From positions 6,842 to 70,841 of the forward strand of contig JBAXXQ010000001.1 of NCBI GenBank assembly GCA_037127795.1: a DNA stretch of 64,000 nt, given 5' to 3'. The stretch's first letter is position 1; the number at the start of each line of letters is the position of its first letter. Shown one piece after another: positions 57,122-64,000 of the stretch. Position numbers and translations under genes: made by a program. Origin of the DNA: a bacterium (GTDB taxonomy: Bacteria; Patescibacteriota; Minisyncoccia; Phycocordibacterales; UBA9973). The notes under the pieces were generated by a model. The model was not told the DNA's origin. It did not search any database and was given only the letters and a program-made list of their open reading frames with translations.

Positions 57122-58183
57122 TTATTTACCTTCCAAGAAGTCAAATACTTTTTCGTTGGTGAGTACCATCTCGGCATATACTTCTGCGCGACTTGCGTCT
57201 GCACCAGGGTACATACTGATAAGTGTTTGCGCGTGTGCTTTTACTTCTTCTTCACTTGGTGCAAGCTTTTCTTGTTTTGAAATAGAAAAGAGTACGAGCT
57301 CTGTTTTTGCACGCTTGATAGCTTCATCGCGATATTCTGCTTTTATTTCTTCACGAGTCTTTTTTGTTTCTGCAAGATATTGGTCGAGTGTGAAACCAGT
57401 ACGTGAAATATCTGCTTCGATTTGTGCAAGCATTTTGTCTTGCTCAGATTCAATGAGGAGCTCTGGGAGCTCACATTCTGAAGCTTCTGTAAGTGCTGAA
57501 ATAACTTTTGCACGCCATTTATCCTTTGTTTCCATCTCTTTTTCGCGAACAAGGTTTTCTTTGATCTTATCTTTCATTTCTGCAACGTTTGCAAATGAAC
57601 CAAAAGATTTTGCGAATTCATCGTTTACCTCAGGGAGCTCTTCTGTGTGATCATGTGCTGCTGGTGCTTCTGTTTCACCTTCGATTGTTTCATGGTTGTG
57701 TACATGGCCGTATGCACGCATTTCACGCAAATCTTGAATAACCTTTTCAACAGCAGATTCTTCTACTGCAGGTACCACTTCTTTTTCTACTTCTTGTGCG
57801 ATTTTTTTGTATTCAGGAAGTTTTATTTCAGGAATAACGGCAGAAGTAATAGTAAAACCAAGCTCATTACCACGAGCGATTTTTGTAATAGATACTTGTG
57901 GGCGACCGATCACTTCGAGCTTTTCATCCATAGCAATCTTTGGATACCATTCAGAAAGAGCGAGCTCTGCCATTTCAGGAAGCACTATCGCATCGTTGAT
58001 ATGCTTTTTTGCAATATCTTCAGGTACCATTCCTTTACGGAACCCATCTATTTCAAGATGTTTTGCAAGGCGAGAAAATGCTTTTGATTCAAATGAAGCA
58101 AATGTTTCCCAATCGATAGTAACAGAGATTTCTATAAGACTTCCAGGAAGTTTTTTGATGTTCGCAGTATATGGTTTTGACAT
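57122..58183 (-). CDS. tig: Trigger factor lacking the FKBP/PPIase domain
   Basis: GFRKG.VP ribosome-binding loop, LPEVNDEFAK; only 353 aa; near clpP. Confidence 0.9.
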   Translation of the reverse strand: MSKPYTANIKKLPGSLIEISVTIDWETFASFESKAFSRLAKHLEIDGFRKGMVPEDIAKKHINDAIVLPEMAELALSEWYPKIAMDEKLEVIGRPQVSITKIARGNELGFTITSAVIPEIKLPEYKKIAQEVEKEVVPAVEESAVEKVIQDLREMRAYGHVHNHETIEGETEAPAAHDHTEELPEVNDEFAKSFGSFANVAEMKDKIKENLVREKEMETKDKWRAKVISALTEASECELPELLIESEQDKMLAQIEADISRTGFTLDQYLAETKKTREEIKAEYRDEAIKRAKTELVLFSISKQEKLAPSEEEVKAHAQTLISMYPGADASRAEVYAEMVLTNEKVFDFLEGK

Positions 58184-58195
58184 AGGGTAAAAAAA

Positions 58196-58597
58196 TTAAT
58201 TAGCTTTTGTTGTATCTGTGGTAATGGTTTTAAGTTCGGTAAGTGAATCAATAAGAGATTGTTTTGCAGTCTTTATCAATTCTTGTGCTTTTTTAACAGA
58301 AAGCACGTTTTTTGGGTCTTTGCTTGGTGACACTAGACCGTCGTGAGCAATAGTAAGGGTGTTTGTCGCATTTTGCAAGAAAGCTGCAGCATTTGTTGTA
58401 TCAAACCCTTTTGCAGTCAATCGGTCTATAGCTATTTGAGTACGAGTAGCAAGATCTGAAAGCTTTTCTATAGTAGCAAGAGGGGAATCAGCCTTTTGTT
58501 CTACAGGAGCAACTTTTACCCCTTCAGCATAGACAAAAGAACCACCAAAAGTGGCAAAAAATGCAATAAATATAATAAAAATAAGTCCTTTTTTCAT
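58196..58597 (-). CDS. Secreted helical hypothetical protein
   Basis: Signal peptide ending VYA. Confidence 0.65.
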   Translation of the reverse strand: MKKGLIFIIFIAFFATFGGSFVYAEGVKVAPVEQKADSPLATIEKLSDLATRTQIAIDRLTAKGFDTTNAAAFLQNATNTLTIAHDGLVSPSKDPKNVLSVKKAQELIKTAKQSLIDSLTELKTITTDTTKAN

Positions 58598-58686
58598 GTC
58601 TATAGTATACAGTTTTATACAAAAAAAGCTAGCCCTCTGCTTTTTTGAAAACCTGCTATGCTGTAATACAAATAAACCGTACTCGT

Positions 58687-59046
58687 ATGAAACAAATTCT
58701 TTTATTCCTAATCTTTATGATTAGTGTTGGTTTTACCAACAAAGTGTACATTTTTAGTACAGAAAAAGGTGATATATTACGATTTCGTCTTGAAATACAA
58801 CACTCGAAAACTCTTGGGGTAATTATAGAAGTTCAAAAAGAAATTTCTCAAAAAGACCTACAAAGTATAGGTAAAACTGACTATGTAACCATTTTTTATA
58901 CAAAAAATAATGTATTGTATGAAAAATTATTACACATAAACACCGCAATAATTTCTCAACAAACAATCTCATTATCTTTTTTGTGTAAAACACCCACCGA
59001 ATGCCGAGAAATAGGGGAATCTACTATTCAAAAAGTGATACTCTAA
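58687..59046 (+). CDS. Orphan protein with an N-terminal hydrophobic segment
   Basis: TTGAAA/TATGCT-like elements upstream; terminator at 59055-59092. Confidence 0.5.
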   Translation: MKQILLFLIFMISVGFTNKVYIFSTEKGDILRFRLEIQHSKTLGVIIEVQKEISQKDLQSIGKTDYVTIFYTKNNVLYEKLLHINTAIISQQTISLSFLCKTPTECREIGESTIQKVIL

Positions 59047-59116
59047 GAGGGTACAAAAAAATCCCAGAAGGTTTTATACTTCTGGGATTTTCTTATTTTA
59101 TCTATATTTTACAATA

Positions 59117-59704
59117 CTATTCCTCGAATTTTGGAGCGTATTCTTTGTTGTATCGCTCGCGAGATTCTTGAATTATCTTTATTGCTTCTTCTGGGCCGTG
59201 GAATGTTTCTACTACACTAGTACCAGGTTTTTTCAATGCTTTGTAATTTTCCCAGTAGTAACGAGTTTCTTTTTCCCAGTATTCACCAAGGTCTGTATAT
59301 GATTTTATGTGATCTGAACGTTTGTCTCCAGCAAGCACTGCGATGATTTTGTCATCTACTTCGCCACCGTCGATAAATTTCATTACACCAATAACACGAG
59401 CCTCTGCGACAGATCCAGGAACAAGCGGCTCTGTGATGTTTACAATCTCAACATCGAGCGGGTCATTATCTTCGTCCCAAGTACAAGGGATAGCACCATA
59501 GGTAAAAGGGTAGGCGAGAGATGAGTATCCTACACGATCAAGCTTGAGTTGTCCTGATTCTGTAATAATTTCATATTTATTAATACTTCCTGCAGAAACT
59601 TCTACAAGTGTATTGATAATACCGTCTTCTTCGTGTGCAAACGGAGGAAGCACATGAAGGAGGTTGAGCATGTATTTTGATGGTTTGTGATTTATATTTG
59701 CCAT
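59117..59704 (-). CDS. ppa: Inorganic pyrophosphatase (family I)
   Basis: NKYE, LDR, YP..YG.IP, DNDPLD, DGGEVDDK. Confidence 0.95.
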   Translation of the reverse strand: MANINHKPSKYMLNLLHVLPPFAHEEDGIINTLVEVSAGSINKYEIITESGQLKLDRVGYSSLAYPFTYGAIPCTWDEDNDPLDVEIVNITEPLVPGSVAEARVIGVMKFIDGGEVDDKIIAVLAGDKRSDHIKSYTDLGEYWEKETRYYWENYKALKKPGTSVVETFHGPEEAIKIIQESRERYNKEYAPKFEE

Positions 59705-59717
59705 AGATATCTATACA

Positions 59718-60923
59718 TTATGCTGTTATGTCTTCTGCGATAAGCTCTGCGAGTGGGATAAAATCTTCGTCTGTAGTTTCACCAGCATCTTCACTTGGTG
59801 TTATTTTATCTTCTGCAGCATCAGTTCCTTTGATGTCGATTTTCCATCCTGTAAGGCGAGCAGCAAGACGTACATTTTGTCCACCCTTTCCGATAGCGAG
59901 AGAGAGCTGATCAGGAAGTACTTCGATAAGTGCTTTGTGTTCTGCTTCATCAAGAGTGATATCAAGTACTTTTGCTGGAGAAAGTGCTTTTTGTACAAAT
60001 TCTGCAGGATCGTTAGAATATTCAATAATATCAATCTTTTCTCCGCAAAGCTCACTCATTACAGTACTGACACGTACTCCTTTTTGACCCACACATGACC
60101 CTACTGGATCAATATTTGAATCATCAGTCCATACAGCAATCTTTGAGCGACTACCTGGCTCACGAGCAATAGCTTTGAGTTGTACAACACCACTTGCAAC
60201 CTCAGGAGACTCATATTCAAAAAGCTTTTCCAAGAATTTTGGATGAGTACGTGAGAGTTTGAGGGTAATACCACGAACAGAATCTTCTACAGCGTAGAGA
60301 TATGCGCGGATACGAGCACCGCGAGCAAAACGCTCACCAGGAATTTGTTCATTGTATGGCAAAATACCTACTGCGCGATTGAAATCCACATATACAGTAC
60401 CGTTTTCCACTTTTTGCACATATCCACTGATAATATCTCCTTCTTTACTACCAAATTCATCGAGCACAGAACTTCGTTCTGCTTCTTTGATGCGCTGCAT
60501 GATTACTTGTTTTGCTGTTTGTGCGGCAATACGTCCAAAGTCATCCTTTTGCTCGAGAGGGAAGACAATTTCTTCGCCAAGAGCTACGTCTGCTTTCAAA
60601 ATTTTTGCATCCTCAATAAGAATATGTTTTTCTTCATTGAAACGCTCAAGAGCACCTTCTTCTTCGGTATTTGTGTGATCAAGTTCTTCTTCTCCTTCAA
60701 AACGAACTGTTGTATCATCTACGACAGTTTTTATTTGTTCAAAAGAAACAGTACCTGAATCAAGGTCTATATGAGAGCGAACGATTTGTCCACGCTTTCC
60801 GTATTCTTTTTTGTATGCAGCAGCAAGTGACTGCTCGATTGCATCAATAAGTTTTTCTCGTGCTATTCGTCTTTCACTTTCTAATTGTTCTATTGCTATT
60901 TTTAATGCTTTTATATCCAACAT
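59718..60923 (-). CDS. nusA: Transcription factor NusA
   Basis: FGRIAAQTAKQ, AREPGSRSK, DPVGSCVG, EKIDI, SLAIGKGGQNVRLA. Confidence 0.98.
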   Translation of the reverse strand: MLDIKALKIAIEQLESERRIAREKLIDAIEQSLAAAYKKEYGKRGQIVRSHIDLDSGTVSFEQIKTVVDDTTVRFEGEEELDHTNTEEEGALERFNEEKHILIEDAKILKADVALGEEIVFPLEQKDDFGRIAAQTAKQVIMQRIKEAERSSVLDEFGSKEGDIISGYVQKVENGTVYVDFNRAVGILPYNEQIPGERFARGARIRAYLYAVEDSVRGITLKLSRTHPKFLEKLFEYESPEVASGVVQLKAIAREPGSRSKIAVWTDDSNIDPVGSCVGQKGVRVSTVMSELCGEKIDIIEYSNDPAEFVQKALSPAKVLDITLDEAEHKALIEVLPDQLSLAIGKGGQNVRLAARLTGWKIDIKGTDAAEDKITPSEDAGETTDEDFIPLAELIAEDITA

Positions 60924-60951
60924 ATTCAATTGTGTATTTAATTTTTAATAG

Positions 60952-60980
60952 AAACGCCCGACCTTTCGGGACGGACGTTT
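60952..60980 (-). terminator. Leader hairpin upstream of nusA (candidate attenuator)
   Basis: AAACGUCCG..CC-GAAA-GG.CGGGCGUUU followed by a weak U tract. Confidence 0.55.
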
Positions 60981-61057
60981 GTATACACATATTAGCACAA
61001 AATACTTTTTTTCACAAAAAATTGTATACATATATATAGTACGCTATACTTATACAT

Positions 61058-61990
61058 ATGAGTAGTACAAAAAAATTACGAGTGTTTCTTTTTTCTCTTG
61101 TTGCGATTTTTATAACAACGTCGATAGTATTAGCGAGCTCAACAGACACCATTTCTGGGTGGGCATGGTCAGGAAATACTGGCTGGATAAAATTAAATAA
61201 TTGTACTGATCCAAACACAGCAAGTACGTGCGACACCAATGCGTATGGTCTCACCGCACCACTTACCGGATCAGGCAATATTACCGGATACGCATGGTCT
61301 TCAAATATTGGATGGATAAATTTTGCAGATAGTAGTTGTCCTACTAGTGGCTGTACTGCTGGTGCAAAAATAAACTGGACTACTGGCAAAATTACTGGCT
61401 GGGCTCGTGCCTGTTCAGTATATGCAAGTGGGTGTAGTGGAACACTCGCAAATACCAACTACCTTGGTGGCTGGGATGGGTATATAAACCTTGGTCCTGG
61501 AAGTAATTGGGGGCTTAGTGTTGATGCTAGTGGAACTATTTCAGGATACGCATGGGGGTCTGATGTTATTGGATGGACAGAATTTAATGGCACAGTAAAT
61601 CTCGCATGCCCTACAGGACAAACACGAATAAATGGAAGCTGTACTCAAATTACTAGCTGTGCAGGGGGGACTGTTAATACTCAGACAAATACTTGCTCAT
61701 GTCCTACAGGAACAACACTTACAAATGGTGCGTGTTTAACAACAATCACCCCATCTGATTGTGTAAACGGCACTGTATCAGGAAATATTTGTTCATGCCC
61801 TACAGGAACAACTCTTGTTGGAAAAATTTGTACAACAATAAACCCTACCCCCCAAAATCCAACCTCTTGTCCTACAGGACAAAAATTAGTTAACAATACC
61901 TGTGTTTGTTCTGATGGAAACACTCCTCCAAGTACAGGACCAACAGCCGGACAATGTCCAAAGAAGCACCCTAGCTATATCGAGTCATAA
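61058..61990 (+). CDS. Secreted protein with GxAW repeats and Cys-rich CPTG repeats
   Basis: GWAWS/GYAWS/GWAR/GYAWG repeats; four CPTG units. Confidence 0.8.
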   Translation: MSSTKKLRVFLFSLVAIFITTSIVLASSTDTISGWAWSGNTGWIKLNNCTDPNTASTCDTNAYGLTAPLTGSGNITGYAWSSNIGWINFADSSCPTSGCTAGAKINWTTGKITGWARACSVYASGCSGTLANTNYLGGWDGYINLGPGSNWGLSVDASGTISGYAWGSDVIGWTEFNGTVNLACPTGQTRINGSCTQITSCAGGTVNTQTNTCSCPTGTTLTNGACLTTITPSDCVNGTVSGNICSCPTGTTLVGKICTTINPTPQNPTSCPTGQKLVNNTCVCSDGNTPPSTGPTAGQCPKKHPSYIES

Positions 61991-61991
61991 T

Positions 61992-62306
61992 ATGGAACAA
62001 CAAATACAACAAACCTCATACCATCAAAAAAAGAAAATTGTTTTTACAGCAATAATTATCATACTAGTATTTCTAGGTCTAGGTATCTATTATGTAGTAA
62101 CAAAAAAACACACTACTAACACTCCTGAAAAACCAAGTCTCACTCCAATAGAGACACTACAAAAACTAGATGAGCAGTCTGCTCCTACACTCAAAGATCC
62201 CAACAATCTCGCACAAGCACTGAAGAAAATTAATACAAATACAAAACCTATAAAAGAAACAAGGCAAGATCGTCAAAACATTATTGATGTATTAAATAAA
62301 AAATAA
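61992..62306 (+). CDS. Single-TM hypothetical protein
   Basis: TAAtATG junction; one TM. Confidence 0.65.
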   Translation: MEQQIQQTSYHQKKKIVFTAIIIILVFLGLGIYYVVTKKHTTNTPEKPSLTPIETLQKLDEQSAPTLKDPNNLAQALKKINTNTKPIKETRQDRQNIIDVLNKK

Positions 62307-62309
62307 TAT

Positions 62310-63143
62310 ATGACAAAACTACCTATACAAAAAATATTAGCAATCACACTCATCACCGCAAGTGCAGCAGGATTATCTTTTGCATATACACCAGCACCAG
62401 CAGGTGGCCCAACAGGGAACAATACTGATGCACCGTTTACTGTAGGATCTTTTTTTGATGTAAAAAATGGAGACCTTGGTATTAATGATACATTTTATGC
62501 AACAGATAATTCATACATAAAAGGTAATACTGCAGTACTCGGACAAATAAATGGGGGACTTGTAAGTGGAGGGCTTAACTCTACAGCAACTATTGGACAA
62601 GCACCAACAATCACAGACGCTGCAGTATCTGGTACGTTTCGATCAAACACTATCCAAGCAGACAGTCTTGTACCAAAAACTGGAGTGACTTACCAAACAG
62701 TAACCACAGGAAAGGGTAATGTATACAATAAAGTATGTACTGATACAACAGGGAAACTTTCTCTTTGTCTTGCAGCTGCGGCAGTAGTAACACCACCAAC
62801 ACCAACTATTACCGATTACACAAAAACAATCATGGGCTCATCTGTAGGATTTTCAACAAAACACGCAGCATGTCTTGCTCTAACATTTGGTGGACAATAC
62901 GGACACAAAATGAATATTCCATTCCCTGTAAGTGGTGATATTATTTATTCATCACCAGCAGGCACAACACCAGTAAATGGAGGAAATAATTGGTATGGCC
63001 TGTTCTATCCAGACACAGCAACAGGTAATGTCTCACACAACTATCCTTATGTAGCACAACTTTCTAGTGCTGGAGTGGTTGGATTATCAAATTCTGTACC
63101 ATTATTAGCATCAGGTCTTCCGGATTGTAGCTTAATTTATTAA
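62310..63143 (+). CDS. Secreted Thr/Gly-rich surface protein
   Basis: Signal peptide, P..GP..NN..AP..K.G.L motif, VC.D..GKL.LC. Confidence 0.7.
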   Translation: MTKLPIQKILAITLITASAAGLSFAYTPAPAGGPTGNNTDAPFTVGSFFDVKNGDLGINDTFYATDNSYIKGNTAVLGQINGGLVSGGLNSTATIGQAPTITDAAVSGTFRSNTIQADSLVPKTGVTYQTVTTGKGNVYNKVCTDTTGKLSLCLAAAAVVTPPTPTITDYTKTIMGSSVGFSTKHAACLALTFGGQYGHKMNIPFPVSGDIIYSSPAGTTPVNGGNNWYGLFYPDTATGNVSHNYPYVAQLSSAGVVGLSNSVPLLASGLPDCSLIY

Positions 63144-63146
63144 TAT

Positions 63147-64000
63147 ATGAATAAAAAAAATATCATACAAACAGTATTTGGTATCACACTACTTACAGCA
63201 ACACTTGCTTTTGCGGGATGGAATGCAAATACTAGTACACCAACAGGAGGGAATATGGGTATACCAATAAACACTTCATCAAATACACAAATAAAAGAAG
63301 GTGGTCTTTCTGTGGGGAAATTTGTTGGAATGGGGAATGCCCAATTCAATCAACAATTATTCATGAATGGGTCATTACTAAGCTCTAGTACAACCCTTGG
63401 TATAGGAGATACTACACATGCAGTAAATGTTAATATACCAAACGGGCAAACGCGCGTAGGGTATACCTCTAGTACATCTGGAAACATTACAACCAAAACA
63501 CTCTTGGCTTCTGCTACAAATACTCCTGTGTGTGCTGATACAAACGGAAACCTAATACTTTGTTCTACTACAACCACTACCCCAGGAAGTACAACACCAA
63601 CAACCCCTGCCACCACACCAGAAGTTATTTCTGTGTTAAGCCCTATTTTTGTTGTTACACAAAATATATCACCATCAGGAGAGTGTGGCTGGGCAACAGA
63701 TGGGAATTATTATGATTGTCTTAATAGCACAACATCTTCTATGATTTTTTCTACAAGTACTCCAACAACAGATCCTAATATTTCTGGCAATTTTCATATT
63801 TCTTTCACAAGAGATTTAACAGTTGACACAAACTCAGTTGGTACTATGTATACAACAACATCAAATACAACATACGGGCAAGTGCTTGATATAACAGATA
63901 CTACTGGAAACGTAATATCTTCGGGTGATACAACCTCATTAAAAAATATAAAACTTATAGACGCTTTTCAAGAAAGTGTAGATTCTATAACATTTGATCC
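63147..64000 (+). CDS. Secreted surface protein, paralog of the preceding gene, truncated by the window (not in the ORF track)
   Basis: MNKKNIIQTVFG...AFAGWNANTSTPTGGN..PINTSSNTQIKEGGL...VCADTNGNLILC. Confidence 0.75.
   Translation, partial: MNKKNIIQTVFGITLLTATLAFAGWNANTSTPTGGNMGIPINTSSNTQIKEGGLSVGKFVGMGNAQFNQQLFMNGSLLSSSTTLGIGDTTHAVNVNIPNGQTRVGYTSSTSGNITTKTLLASATNTPVCADTNGNLILCSTTTTTPGSTTPTTPATTPEVISVLSPIFVVTQNISPSGECGWATDGNYYDCLNSTTSSMIFSTSTPTTDPNISGNFHISFTRDLTVDTNSVGTMYTTTSNTTYGQVLDITDTTGNVISSGDTTSLKNIKLIDAFQESVDSITFD

Noticed and set aside
192-63616. Many ORF-track entries antisense to or overlapping real genes (e.g. 302-694, 5912-6577, 30041-30586, 50370-50573, 51808-52245, 57087-57650)
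   Set aside because: Shadow frames of well-supported genes or tRNAs, with no recognisable motifs

Overview
A 64-kb AT-rich bacterial chromosome segment (standard code 11). Gene content and style point to Patescibacteria/CPR, probably Parcubacteria. The backbone is mostly on the minus strand: rnhA, recJ, pgk-tpiA, a type IV minor-pilin/PilC cluster, yidC, a CPR-type T4SS-like operon (pilin-NlpC/P60, VirB4, PrgI, VirB6-like, large secreted proteins; a VirD4-like gene lies ~26 kb beyond it), rsmA, pcrA, comM/yifB, rpsO, a Xer recombinase, exonuclease III, cca, five tRNAs, HU, clpP, tig, ppa and nusA. The most unusual region is a set of four TrmB-like regulators, each divergent from orphan genes under consensus sigma70 promoters. 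In the 32.6-35.7 kb pair the orphan transcripts share an identical 33-bp promoter/leader and carry structured RNAs: a canonical hammerhead ribozyme and two copies of an unidentified covarying RNA motif. Other signals are six parS-like sites inside cca, pervasive leaderless-type promoters, a tiny promoter-terminator unit facing an antitoxin-less PemK toxin, A73 in all three tRNA-Gly genes and a trigger factor lacking its PPIase domain. All calls come from reading the sequence by eye; no searches were run.
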